Shown here: piece by piece, positions 1 to 22,360 of the stretch | Layout of the letters: the number at the start of each line of letters is the position of its first letter | Numbering within the stretch: position 1 is the first letter of the stretch | NCBI RefSeq assembly: GCF_009914755.1 | Contig: NC_060941.1 | Source: the human T2T-CHM13v2.0 reference genome, Homo sapiens | DNA: 64,000 nucleotides | Direction: 5' to 3' (one strand) | The notes under the pieces: generated by a model | The model's input: only the letters and a program-made list of their open reading frames with translations | Databases searched by the model: none | Told to the model about the DNA's origin: nothing | Program-made: the position numbers and the translations under genes

Positions 1-139
1 CGCCTTCGAACACCCTAGAATCCTACTGCAAAGTCGAATTCCACCTTAATTCTCAGGAGACTTTCATGCTGAAAGTCTGTGCCACTGTAGGGACAATATT
101 ATAAAACACACACAGAAAGCATCACTTTTTAGTGAAAAC

Positions 140-2091
<1,952 letters not shown>

Positions 2092-2939
2092 TTATCATCT
2101 CATCCAAATCTTATCTGAAAGGCCCATGCACTGGGTACGTGGGTTAGGCACTACTGAAAGAGTGTTAGAGTCCTACACTCTGACACTTTCAAAATTATGA
2201 AAACTACAGAAATGTAAAAGGGCTATCAGCATTTACCTGCTACGGCAGCCAAAGGGCAAGAGGCATTTGGTGTGGAGGCCGGTGAAGAGGGAATTTGGGG
2301 GGCTGCAAATATTGCAAATATTCGAGTATTAACTTTGGTATACTTGGTGCAAGTCTGATATAAAGAGGAGGTTTCTTCCATGTGTGACTTGTCTTATTTA
2401 ACAGGAAAGCACTTTCCACTGGAGTGTGTCCAAACCAGCATCTGGCACCTGGGGAAGGGAGAGTTCGAACACACTGCACATGAAATATAAATAAAATTTA
2501 GAGAATTGTGGATGCGGCAGGCCTTGGTTAGAGGCCAAATATCACAGCTGCCTTTTAAAGGGGTGTGGAAAGAGGGGATTTGCAATGGAAATGATCCCAG
2601 AATCATAATTGTAGTGGGTGTTATAAGAAGCCCAAGGAGTCATTTGGCATCCTGTGAAGAATTAGCCAGTGTGCTCTGGGCTACAGAAATCTTGCTCTCT
2701 GTGTATGTGGTTCTCTAAAGGAGAATGTCCCCACTGGTGTTCAGCTAGCGATGTTACATGAATCGACTTGGCTATTCTGAAAATTATTATTGTTTTAAAA
2801 TATGTAGGAATGAGCCTCAACATGTATCGCATTCTGTAGAACATATTAGAATTTTCTCTTCAGAAATTGCTTTTGAAGGCACATGAAGTCATACGAAATA
2901 CACACAGCACAAATATATATTTGTCACTTTTAAGATTCA

Positions 2940-4494
<1,555 letters not shown>

Positions 4495-4499
4495 ATAAA

Positions 4500-7260
4500 C
4501 ACAGAGAAACGTATTCCTAACAAAACAAGTAGGAAATATCCATGATCATTCCAGCCCGTGTTTCTGTAACTGGCCATGGGTTGTGGCTGGTATTTATAAT
4601 GACCTTTCACTATCCATTATGTATTCCCTTTGCTTTCAGTAAGCACCTCAGCTGGTTGTGGGTCTTTTCCTGGTGGGTGACCCAAACTTTCATTCCTGAA
4701 AGGTCTGGGCCCTTGGTAGTCCTGCCTGGATTGAATTCTTGTGGTTTTTCCATTGCCCTAAATCATAGGCCATGGTCTACTAGGACACCCTGAGGGGCCT
4801 CTATTCCAGACATACTCTTGCTCACCTCAATTGTGGACTTGTGGTCCAATCTAGGATCAATCACCCCAGCCAGCACAGTAACTCTCTTATCTGCCTGTTG
4901 ATTCAGAGGCAGTGGGAGGCCAAACAGGCCCAGCAGAAGTCCTCACTTGGAGTTCAATGGCACCACTGTTGGGTCTTCTGGGGGAAACATTCCTCCATTT
5001 GGAAATACGACCCCTAGGCCAGCAGAGCATAAGGTCACGTGAACAGGAAACAAACATCTTGCTGCTGGGTCACTAGGAGTGCTAGGGACTGGTGCCCCTC
5101 TCATTGCCACCCCTTGATTCCCGGACCCATGAATCCTGGCTGTGGGAGAAACAGCACCCTACACTCAGTTCTGATTCAGAGCATATACTGCCTCCTGCAG
5201 AACTCTGGCCCAGCCCTGCAAGGCATCGCCACCCAGCTGGTGCTGTAGTGGAGTCTTCAAAAGGCCATTCCACCATCTTATCAAACCAGCTGCTTCAAGA
5301 TGGTGGGCAACATGGTCGTACCGGGGAATTCCATGAGCATGGGCTCGTTACCATACTTTCTTTGCTGTGAAGGGAGTTCCTCAGACAGAAGCAGTGCGGT
5401 GTGGCATACCGTGACAGTAGGTACGGCATTCTGTGAGTCCACGGACGCTAGTTTTGGCAGGAGCGTGACGTACAGGGAAGGCAAATCCCGATCTAGAGTA
5501 AGTGTCTATTCCAGTGAGGACAAAATGCTGCCCCTTCCGTGATGGAAGTGATCCAGTGTCACCAACCTGTCACCGGGTCACTGGCTGATCACCCCAGGGA
5601 ATGGGGTCACCAACTGATCACCCCAGGGAATGGGATCACCGGGTCGCTGGCTGATCACCCCAGAGAATGGGGTCACTGGCTGATCACCCCAGGGATTGGG
5701 GTCACCGGCTGATCACCCCAGGGAATGGGGTCACCGGGTCGCTGGCTGATCACCCCAGGGAATGGGGTCACCAACTGATCACCCCAGGGAATGGGGTCAC
5801 CAGGTCGCTGGCTGATCACCCCAGAGAATGGGGTCACTGGCTGATCAACCCAGGGATTGGGGTCACCGGCTGATCACCCCGGGGAATGGGGTCACTGGGT
5901 CGCTGGCTGATCACCCCAGGGAATGGGGTCACCGACTGATCACCCCAGGGAATGGGGTCACCGGGTTGCTGGCTGATCACCGCAGGGAATGGGGTCACTG
6001 GGTCGCTGGCTGATCACCCCAGGGAATGGCATCATTTCAGGGGCTCAGGGTTGGTCTCTGTTGCTGGCAGATGGGGCTTTCAGCCATGGCTGCAGCCAGG
6101 ATGGCCATAGTGAGTAACAGTCTGTGCTGTGAGCCCATGAATAACCTTTATCCCTGCCCCCCATGGCCACTTTGTTCATGAGCCCACTGGGCACTAACTG
6201 TGGTGTCGGGGGAGAGAGGCTGAGCAGCACCCAGAGAACGGGCCATCCTATCGCTTGAAGATTCGAACTCTTCCCTGGTGAGGCCACCCTTTGGCGAGCA
6301 TTTACATGGGACACACGTATCGTCCGGTTTTTGCCCACATACCTCTTCTCTCAGTTCCCTCGGTTTCCTTATCACTAATTTTCCAATCATGTTCCTTCCA
6401 AGTCCCTGACTCTCCAGGCAAATCATTGGCTACGGTCGGTGAATCGGTGTGTGCTCTCACGTCCAGCCATTTCTCCTTCCAAGCACAACCAACAACCAGG
6501 TGCACTGCGCCAACGTCTGCCCACCGGGAGGATCTGCCCCCACCGCTGTCCTTCGGGAATGTCCAAGGAAGAGGCTGGAGGGCAACAGCTGCTCAGTTTC
6601 GGGCGGAGACTGCACGTCGTACAGAACCATCTGCAAACTGGGATGTGAGTCTTCGCTTTCTCTGTCAGCTGATCATGGAGGACTCCCCATGATGCTAGAG
6701 GTGCAGGCTGGGAAAGGGAAGGCAGGGTGGAGTCGTGGCAGTGGGAACCAAGGGCCTTTGAAGCTGCTTCTCCATCTAACTTCCTGGTGCCTTCAGGGCC
6801 TGCTTGGGCCCAGTCACGTGTATACTATTTCCATTAGATGGTGAAGCACGGTGCTGCTGTGCACACCCAACTGTATGGCTTGATGGGTCAGAGAACCTCC
6901 AGTTCACGACGGGCAGCTCAGGCCACATGGTAACTCCGTGGCCCATGGCTAAGCATCAGTCTCCAAGAAGGCCCAGTAGCAGTCCAAAAGCTGTGTCTCA
7001 AAAGGAGAGTACTGTCCACAGGATGGCAGAGCTTTGCTCCAAAATCCTACAGGCTTGCTCTGCGATTCACCTACGGGGCCTGCCAAAGGCTGCAAACAGC
7101 ATCCTTGTCTGCCACGGTCTCTTCAAGCATCACTGGATCAGCTGGATCACGTGGCCCACGTGGAGAGCAGCTTGCATCACAGTCGGAACCTGCTACAGTG
7201 CGTTCTCTCGCTCTGGTCCCTCTCAAAGCTAGCAGATTTTCAGGTTGCTCTATAACTAGG
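4500..7260 (-). mobile_element. ERVL (HERV-L-like) internal pol remnant: RNase H and integrase, decayed
   Basis: Minus-strand translations give HERV-L-like motifs DSPTVANDL..SGTWKEHDWKISDK and VSHVNARQR (RNase H), plus IPWGDQPAT and HVAHHLEAAGLIRWWNGLLK (integrase). Many stops and frameshifts. Confidence 0.75.
5570..6029. repeat. Minisatellite of 37/29-bp units (core CTGATCACCCCAGGGAATGGGGTCAC), 14 units, with a 161-bp higher-order period
   Basis: Pattern L-S-L-S-S restarts at 5570, 5731 and 5892. Confidence 0.9.
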
Positions 7261-7299
7261 TCAGGCTAACACGCCCAAATGAGGATTGAGTTGCCGTTA

Positions 7300-7353
7300 A
7301 ATATCTGGACACTAAACGGCCCAGTCAAGTTGGCACACACAATTGCCCATCAC
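7300..7353 (-). mobile_element. MLT2-like LTR terminus fragment
   Basis: GTCAAGTTGGCACACACAATTGCCCATCACA resembles the reverse complement of the MLT2 start; adjacent to the ERVL internal sequence. Confidence 0.45.
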
Positions 7354-7439
7354 ACACTCTGACATGGGGTATCTTTAAGACGTAGCACAAGAGAAAGGAG
7401 GGTGCAGAAGAGGTAGGAAATACTAACCTACAACTTGTC

Positions 7440-11222
<3,783 letters not shown>

Positions 11223-11330
11223 TGTGGTCCCCAACCAGCAGTAGCATCACCTGGGAAATCCAAAATTTCACACCCACCTCAGACCTTTCTGAGTCAGAAA
11301 CTAACTCTGCGCTCAGCAGCTTAACCACCT
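11223..11330. mobile_element. MER5A-like hAT fragment
   Basis: TGTGGTCCCCAACCAGCAGTAGCATCACCTGGGA...CAGACCTTTCTGAGTCAGAAACT. Confidence 0.6.
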
Positions 11331-11690
11331 GGTTCTCAGTGATGGTTTAGGACAGCCTCACGGACCTCCAGTAAGCCCAGCCCCTCACCAGGCCAATACT
11401 CTATGAAGATGAACAGATGATGCTATTACGTGCCCTTCACTGTGGAGACAGAAGGGAGGGACCGACGGTGCTCAGGGCTGGGCCTGGAGGACCCCATCCG
11501 GAGCCTGGAGTGCTCTTTATCACCGGCTGCCCGTGGGAACCCACGACTCACGGCTGGAGGCCCCACGCCCCCTGCCTTGTTTCCATCTGCTGCAGCCAGC
11601 GACGTCAAGCCTTATTCCATCTGTCAGACCAGGCCAGACGATAAATGTCCTCTTGTGGGGAAAGTGATTCAGAGAGAAAAGCTAAGAGCC

Positions 11691-13076
11691 ACTCCACCCT
11701 CACATAATCCACCTCACATAATCCACCCTCACATAATCCACCCTCACATAATCCACCTCACATAATCCACCTCACATAATCCACCCTCACATAATCCACC
11801 CACACTCACATAATCCACCTCACATAATCCACCTCACATAATCCACCCTCACATAATCCACCCCTCACATAATCCACCTCACATAATCCACCCACACTCA
11901 CATAATCCACCTCACATAATCCACCCTCACATAATCCACCCTCACATAATCCACCTCACATAATCCACCCTCACATAATCCACCCTCACGTAATCCACCC
12001 TCACGTAATCCACCTCACATAATCCACCCACCCTCACATAATCCACCTCACATAATCCACCTCACATAATCCACCCTCACATAATCCACCTCACATAATC
12101 CACCCTCACATAATCCACCTCACATAATCCACCTCACATAATCCACCCTCACATAATCCACCCTCACATAATCCACCTCACATAATCCACCCTCACATAA
12201 TCCACCCTCACATAATCCACCCTCACATAATCCACCCTCACATAATCCACCTCACATAATCCACCCTCACATAATCCACCCTCACATAATCCACTCTCAC
12301 ATAATCCGCCTCACATAATCCACCCTCAAATAATCCACCCTCGCATAATCCACACTCACATAATCCACCTCACATAATCCACCTCGCATAATCCACCCAC
12401 CCTCACATAATCCACCTCGCATAATCCACCCTCACATAATCCACCCTCACATAATCCACCTCACATAATCCACCTCACATAATCCACCTCACATAATCCA
12501 CCCTCACATAATCCACCTCACATAATCCACCCTCACATAATCCACCTCACATAATCCACCCCTCACATAATCCACCTCACATAATCCACCTCACATAATC
12601 TACCCCTCACATAACCCACCCTCACATAATCCACCTCACATAATCCGCCCTCACATAATCCACCCTCACATAATCCACCCTCACGTAATCCACCTCACAT
12701 AATCCACCTCGCATAATCCACCCACCCTCACATAATCCACACTCACATAATCCACCTCACATAATCCACCTCACATAATCCACCCTCACATAATCCACCT
12801 CACATAATCCACCCTCACATAATCCACCTCACATAATCCACCCTCACATAATTCACCCTCACATAATCCACCTCACATAATCCACCCTCACATAATCCAC
12901 CCTCACATAATCCACCCTCACATAATCCACCCTCACATAATCCACCCTCACATAATCCACCCACATTCACATAATCCACCTCACATAATCCACCCTCACA
13001 TAATCCACCCCTCACATAATCCACCCTCACATAATCCACCTCACATAATCCACCTCACATAATCCACCCTCACATA
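11691..13076. repeat. Minisatellite (TCACATAATCCACC[C])n, 14-15-bp unit, roughly 90-95 copies
   Basis: Directly visible tandem array, almost G-free on +. Confidence 0.97.
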
Positions 13077-13223
13077 AGACTGTGCAGCTGTCTGGTCTCC
13101 ATTTCTGCCGGGTGGGGTATTCCATCCTCATCTCGGGCAACATGTCCCAAAAGTATGGTTTCCAGTATGGCTCCTTAGGTCCCACCCATTTCTTCTCTGG
13201 GACCCCAAAGACCCAACCCCCAC

Positions 13224-15229
<2,006 letters not shown>

Positions 15230-15236
<7 letters not shown>

Positions 15237-16250
15237 TCCGTGCATTTACAGCACAAGTTCACGCTTATCTACAAAGCATCCACCTCTCACCGCACCTTCC
15301 GGGACCACGGGATTTAACGCCTCACCGCCCGATGACAGCACGAGGTGGAAAGGGCAGCGACAATGCTCGCGCGTCCCCTCCCGGCGATCCGGAGCACGGC
15401 AGCCCCGGAGCGCGCGGCCACTCCTCGCTCCCCTCAGGAGCTCGTAAGAGCCCCGCGCGGGGCCGAGGCGCGAGAGCACGCGCAACGCTTCCTGGGAAAT
15501 GTAGTTGGGTGTCGGATTAGAACTACAAATCCCGGTACTCACCGCGCTGCAGCCCCGACCGTGAGGGCGCTTTCTGGTGAATCTGAATCTCGTTTGTCTG
15601 TGACATGGGGAAAGCTGTCCAAGCCCAATTCCATTTTCACAAGAGGCTTTCTTTTTGGAAACATGATAGCGGTCTCGCTGGTGTGCGCACCAGGAGCGTT
15701 GCGGCCGCGGCTTCCTCCTGCGGCGAATCTGCCGTTGCATCACAGTGGCTAGTCTCAGGGCCCGCAACGTGACGCTTGTCGAATCTGCTGCGGGGAGAAG
15801 GACGCGAGGGTTGCTTGGGCAGCGACTGTCATGGCGGCGGCCGCCCCCAATGCCGGAGGCTCGGCCCCTGAGACAGCGGGTTCCGCCGAAGCTCCGCTGC
15901 AGTACAGCCTGCTCCTGCAGTACCTGGTGGGTGACAAGCGTCAGCCCCGGCTCCTGGAGCCTGGGAGCCTGGGCGGGATCCCAAGTCCAGCCAAGAGTGA
16001 GGAGCAGAAGATGATCGAGAAGGCGATGGAAAGCTGCGCTTTCAAGGCTGCGCTGGCCTGCGTGGGAGGTGAGGCCGGGCGATGGGACCCTTGGGAGGCT
16101 GAGGGCCTGGACGGCAGTGGGGATCTCTGCCGAGAAGACCACGCGCCTGGGAGGCGAGGGACTGCGGGCCTTGACCTTGACCACACCCTCGCCTCGTTCG
16201 TGAATCGGGCGTCACCTCTCCTGCCCCCTCAGGCCGGCTTTCCTGATGAA
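15230..16250 (+). promoter_or_regulatory. TIMM22: TIMM22 CpG-island promoter
   Basis: High CpG density spanning the ATG. Inverted pair of ACTACAnnTCCC (ZNF143/THAP11) motifs at 15493-15505 and 15522-15535. CGTGACG CRE-like site ~15768. No TATA box seen. Confidence 0.85.
15831..16068 (+). CDS. TIMM22: TIMM22 exon 1 (mitochondrial inner-membrane translocase Tim22), codons 1-80
   Basis: MAAAAPNAGG...KAMESCAFKAALACVG; donor GAG|GTGAGG at 16069; 238 nt, phase 1. Confidence 0.97.
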
Positions 16251-16301
16251 AATTGGGTTAGAGAATCGGTGCTGTGGTTGGGGCCTGAAAGTTATTACAT
16301 G

Positions 16302-16517
<216 letters not shown>

Positions 16518-16529
16518 TTATTACGTGGG

Positions 16530-17370
16530 TGACTTCATTCATCCGTTCATTCCCTTAAATTCATTCTCTTAAATAATTCTTTCAACAAATTGTTCCTAAG
16601 CAATATCACGTGCCAGGTGAAAGAGACAAGAGCCTGGTCTTCATGGGGCCTGTATTATACTATGTGGAGAAGAATGTTGAGCAGGAACACTGCAGAGGAA
16701 GGATGCAGACATATGGAAATGCACATGCAGACGACTCTAGGGCAGCAGTTGTTTGAGGTTTGAAAAACTGAAAGACCATTGTGACTAGACAGCCCCGAGC
16801 AAGGAGAGACGAAGTCTGCACTTGTCCTTCTGTTTTTCCCTTAAGTTGAAGGGGAGGTGCCCATGATTTTATTAAACTCATATTGACCATGAGGTCATGA
16901 GAGGGCATCCATCTGGACATGTCCAGCCGGCTCAGGAAGGACAGATGTGGCAGCAGTGTGGGATTTGCCATTAGGTAGCTGTGTGGCCTTGGGAGAAGTT
17001 GCTTAACCTCTCTGAGCCTCAGTTTATAGAAAGGAGAGGCTAATAGCATCTGTCTCACTGGATTATTGTGAAGAATGAATGAGGCTGTGGCATACTGGCA
17101 TGTGCTCAGTAAAGCATTACTGTGAATGTCACAGTGGCCAAGAGAGTGATTTGCAAAGTTGATAGCTGAAGTTGAGGGTGGCTGGTTTACATATGAGAGA
17201 ATGTAGAGAGAATAGAGGGTTAAAGATGGAATCTTGAGAAATGTTAGGGAATGACAGGAGGAAGAAATCTTAGAGACGGAGAAGATGATGTCAGTAACAT
17301 AGACCCTGGATTGCAAGTCTCCAGGCAAGTGGAGAGTTTGAGTGGCAAGAGGGGGGTGTCCTCTGCACCG
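16530..17370. mobile_element. L2 and MIR fragments in TIMM22 intron 1
   Basis: TTCATTCA L2 tail, CCATCTGGACATGTCC, and MIR core CTTAACCTCTCTGAGCCTCAGTTT. Confidence 0.6.
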
Positions 17371-17466
17371 GTGGTCATCCAAAAGCATGGTCCCTTCCAG
17401 GATGATCCCAATAGAGTAATGCAGAAAACATGCCAAAGACACCTTCATCTCTGTGTTTGCTTCTAG

Positions 17467-17663
17467 GATTTGTCTTAGGAGGTGCATTTGGGGTGTTTAC
17501 CGCTGGCATCGATACCAACGTGGGCTTTGACCCTAAGGATCCTTACCGTACACCGACTGCAAAAGAAGTGCTGAAAGACATGGGGCAGAGAGGAATGTCC
17601 TATGCCAAAAATTTCGCCATTGTGGGAGCCATGTTTTCTTGTACTGAGTGTTTGATAGAATCT
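17467..17663 (+). CDS. TIMM22: TIMM22 exon 2
   Basis: Acceptor TTCTAG|GA; GFVLGGAFGVFTAGID...SYAKNFAIVGAMFSCTECLIES (Tim17/22/23 family); donor TCT|GTAAGT; 197 nt. Confidence 0.97.
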
Positions 17664-18195
17664 GTAAGTGTCTCTGCCTTCTAAGAAATCCTTGCTGGGG
17701 CCACCATTTCATTACTTTTAAAGAGAAATTGCTCTTTAAAAGTCATTTGAAAGTTGTTACTAGAAAGCAGATCAGAAGCATCAGATACATTCTAGGTTGA
17801 ACTTCCATAAAATAGTCCCTGTGGCAGACTTTGTGTGTGTTTACAGTATGGGCTTGCATTATTTTTTACTTTTTGTAGGCTAGAAGTTAGCTAATGATTT
17901 TAAACGAGACTTATTGGAGAGCCCCTTGAAGAAATTTTGATTACATTCCAAATGCTGGGCTTGGTTTCAGCACTCTGGTGCCACCTGCAGGAAGCATCTA
18001 TGAACGCATACTATATCTATATATATATATATATATATATACACACGCTGTATACTTAGGAACTATATTTTCAAGAAAGATTAGGTTTCCTTTGGGTAGG
18101 GACTGAATGAGCTAACGAGCAACCCTGTGTATTCCTCCTTAATGGTCTGCCTTGGCTTGTTTCTTTGGCTCTAACGTGTACTTCCCTGCCCACAG

Positions 18196-18268
18196 TACCG
18201 GGGAACATCAGACTGGAAGAACAGTGTCATCAGTGGCTGCATCACGGGAGGAGCTATTGGTTTCAGAG
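18196..18268 (+). CDS. TIMM22: TIMM22 exon 3
   Basis: Acceptor CCACAG|TAC; YRGTSDWKNSVISGCITGGAIGFR; donor GAG|GTTAGT; 73 nt. Confidence 0.96.
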
Positions 18269-18439
18269 GTTAGTAAACGGCTCTCGAATGCTTTTTCTTT
18301 GTGGCCTTGGACGACGTGCTGAGGTTGTCATTTCCAAACACACGAGTGTTCCAGGGACACTTGATCTTCTTCCCTCTGACAAATAAATCATGTTTGTTTC
18401 TGTGGTAACTCGGTTTTGGAAACTTGTAGGATCTAGATG

Positions 18440-18930
<491 letters not shown>

Positions 18931-19702
18931 TAATGGTAATATCTTTCTGCCCTTGGGGATTCTGATTTCTACCCATTGAATGCTAAGTACAGATATTCTA
19001 GAAATATTAGATTATCAGCTGCAAAAAAAAAAAAAAAGAAAACCAATTTGCTGCCTCTTCTCCCCGTTGGCATGTCCATTCAGAGCGTGGTGGAGGGCCT
19101 TGGTGACTTGACTTTCCTAGAAGCAGCAGTGTTTTATCACTGGGCCACTTTCCATCTGTCATGCCCTAACTTACCCAGAGCAAAAAGCCAGTTTTCTCAT
19201 CTTCTGAGAGACAGGATGATTTGCTGTCATGAAACCTGGTTTTGCTCCTCAAGCACCATTTATGATGACAGACTGACTTCTCCGCCGGTCGTCCCATTGT
19301 TCAGCTTCACCAGGGCCTCTTTGAGAAGCTCTGCTGTCTCCAGTACTGCTTTGATCACCTTCCCAGGAATGTATTCCATAAACAAATCAGGGTCAAGGCC
19401 ATATGCTTTCATTTGATTCCGAGGGCTGCTTCTCTCAACCAGTTTCCTGCCTGCGAGGGGCTATTTCCCTAAGACTAGAAATACCCTTTGAAGGAGAAAA
19501 GCTAAACAAATGTAGTTAGATAAAGCGCACTGGATTAGATCATATACACTGCTTCATTGATGTCTTCCAGAGCTATGATCGTTTGAATGACTTACAGTGC
19601 TTAAGCTCATTTCATGACACTGAGGGTGTGCCAACTTTCCGTGAGTGCCTCGTGACCCAGCAGCTGTCACCACAGGTCATGTTCTTTCTGTTTGTTTGAC
19701 AG

Positions 19703-19779
19703 CTGGCTTAAAGGCTGGGGCCATTGGTTGTGGAGGTTTTGCTGCTTTCTCTGCTGCGATTGATTATTACCTCCGGTGA
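19703..19779 (+). CDS. TIMM22: TIMM22 exon 4, coding part
   Basis: Acceptor TGACAG|CT; AGLKAGAIGCGGFAAFSAAIDYYLR*. Exons sum 238+197+73+77=585 nt = 194 aa + stop. Confidence 0.97.
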
Positions 19780-22360
19780 GAGTAATTGCCTGCAGGGAAG
19801 GATGATGCCAGCCCCGGATCCGGGCTGCTCTCTGGAGGACAGTTTCTGTACCACACCAGGGCCTTGCTTCAGGGCCTGAAGACATTCATTTTCCCTCATG
19901 TCGTTGGTATTCTGAGGGAGCTGCCTGGCTTCTCTGCCTCCAGCCTTTGGGGTAGCCACACTTTGCTGCTCCTGGACTCCAGCCAGCCTTCACAGAGGAC
20001 GTCCCGTGCCAGATTCTCTCACAGCAGATCGGGAGACAGGATGTTGACATATAGGAATTCAGCTCCACAAAGCTTCAGGCCTGACCACAGCTGGCCCTCT
20101 AGGTTGTTTGGTGTTGTGGGCACAGAGGTGACAGTGTCTCTGCAGGCACTCAGGAAGCTGTTCTACCTTGGAACTCCATGCAACTATCCGTCTCGAATAC
20201 CAGGGCAGGGCAAGGCGGACTGATGCCGTCCAACCAATTATCTCACTTGTTTTGTGTTCTGTCATCCTTGTTTTTTTTTTAAAAATACACTCCCCTCCCC
20301 CACCGCCACACACCTTACAGTTCAAAAGGTTGGTTTATTTGTATTTTATTTTCAAATTCCCTATTCCAAAAATAGTGCCGGGTGGCCCAAAGATAACATC
20401 TGAAGGGAAAGAATGAGAAAGCTCCCAGGGAAGCGGGGGATGGGGCGCTGAGGCAGGGTTGTTAGAGGACTGTGTCATCCTCACCAAGCTCATTACATCT
20501 GCCAGGGCCTGCCTCAAGAAGCCCAGCCCAGCCTTTTCCTGGGATGCAGTGAAATCCCATCCATGAACTCGATGGGCCCCTCCTGTGCCGGCCGAGAGGC
20601 ACACACTGCCTTCACGACGTGACTGCTGGACCTGGCCGAGCTTGAGGCCACATGTGAAGGGTCCTGCTGTGGTCATCTTGGTGACTCGGTCACAGCAGCT
20701 ACTGGCCAAGATCAGACGTCGCTGAGGGGCTGTTCACCACCATCCTCGTTCTCCAGGGTCAAGGAAGTGTTTTAACATGTCGTGTTTTCGACTTGACCTT
20801 GTGGTATTTTTCTTGGCCTAGTTGTGTGCCATGGATATTTAAAAAAAAAAAAAAAAATCCGTCTACAGTTGGGCTTCAGCACTGGTGCTGCTTTACCCTG
20901 GTGCTCTGTGGGGGGATGACACTGCTGGAGTCAGGCCTTTGCTCTTGGGTGGGGCACAGGCAGGTCGCTTGGTGGGGGCCACACAGTGCTGGGCACCTTC
21001 AGCCAGTGGTGATGAGTCTCCTTTTTCCTATAATACGGTAATTCCTCTATCCTTTCCTTTTTTGCCTTCTTCCTCATCTGCCCTGTCTTCTGGCCCACAC
21101 ACTCTTAACCAGCGTTCACACTCAGTGTACATGGCCTGGAGGCCCGAGTGTTTGTACATGAGTGATGATGTCAAACCCAGCTGGTAACACCTTCCTTGGG
21201 TCATGTTTGCCATTTTCTTGGAATGAATGTGAGTTCCTGCTCAGGGCTCATGTCCTTTTACAGTGAATTCTATATAACGCCCCTCCCAGTCTCACAGCTA
21301 GGAGGCTTCATCACTGCTAGGCCAGTTGGAGCGTTCCCTAGAGCTCAGAACAAATTGTTTCCTCTGCTGTCCCTAAATATAGGACACCTACAAGCACTCT
21401 GAAGCAAGGGCAGACATTCCCACCTGGTACCTGTCAAAGTCCTAGGATGCCTGGGATCTTCCATCTTTCAGTCTAGCACGTGGGACCAAATACAAGAGAT
21501 GCTGCCCTCACAACAGCCTTGGAAAAGATGAGCGCCAGGGCTGTCAGTACCCATCGGTTCAGTAAGCGAGGCATTGTCCACGCTGCCTATTCACTCGAGA
21601 GATGAATAGTTTCCTGTTTTCGATGGCTGGGGAGCCAGTATGAGCTCATAAACCAAACAGCAATTTTCAGAGACATCTGTTCCTGATCTTCAGAATAAAC
21701 TCAGTGTCCAGTTGCTTTGGCTGGTGGGAGCCAATATTCACGCCACTGACTCTCTCAAAGGGAGGGTGGGCCCTCGGAGACCCAGCTTCTCTGACAAGCA
21801 GATTAGACCAAAAGGCTGCCTCAAAGATATGCCACTTTGAAGGAAAGCGTAGAGAAGCGTTTACATAAAAGAAGACGCTTCCTGTTCAGTGGACAACTTC
21901 ATGCCACTTTCAAGGCACACCGATGGCCAGGTGGGACATTTGTACTGTAGCAGCACATGGCAAAGGTGAGCCAGAAGCAGCCTGGATGCTGGCTGATCCG
22001 GAGGCCTTTGTGAAGAGCAAGGAGAGGGCTCCAGCCCACCTCCCCGCAGCTCTGCCCCAGCCCCCGTGGGCCACAGGGAGGCTCAAGGGGAGTGAACTAG
22101 GTAAACAGATTCCTGGAAACTCACATCTGGATGCAGCTGGAAGAGTTAAATATTTACATTGGTGGCTTCCCTGGACCACCGCGAACACAAACATCCACAC
22201 CACAGGGCTGAGTTTTGTGCAAATGATGGGGCTTTGCATTTTTTATTAACATTTTCCTCTCACGTGGTTTACATCAATTTATAATAATCTACATAAGTTG
22301 AAACAGAACATAGACAAAAAAATATATCCTTACCAACTTATTAAAGTCAGATATTCATGA
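19780..22360 (+). other. TIMM22: TIMM22 3' UTR; candidate poly(A) signals AATAAA 21694-21699 and ATTAAA 22340-22345
   Basis: Repeat-poor sequence after the stop codon; the true 3' end is not determinable from sequence alone. Confidence 0.55.
22184..22293 (-). terminator. ABR: ABR polyadenylation signal region
   Basis: On -: UGUA elements (22293-22290, 22273-22270), AAUAAA (22247-22242) and a GU-rich downstream element TGTGGTGTGGATGTTTGTGTT (22204-22184). Confidence 0.8.

Noticed and set aside
4500-7260. Functional or domesticated retroviral pol gene
   Set aside because: Fragmented by stops, frameshifts and a VNTR; no long ORF
15246-16184. 312-aa antisense ORF over TIMM22 exon 1
   Set aside because: GC-rich CpG-island shadow ORF with no recognisable domain
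16660-17487. 275-aa minus-strand ORF in TIMM22 intron 1
   Set aside because: Made of L2/MIR-derived sequence, with no family motif
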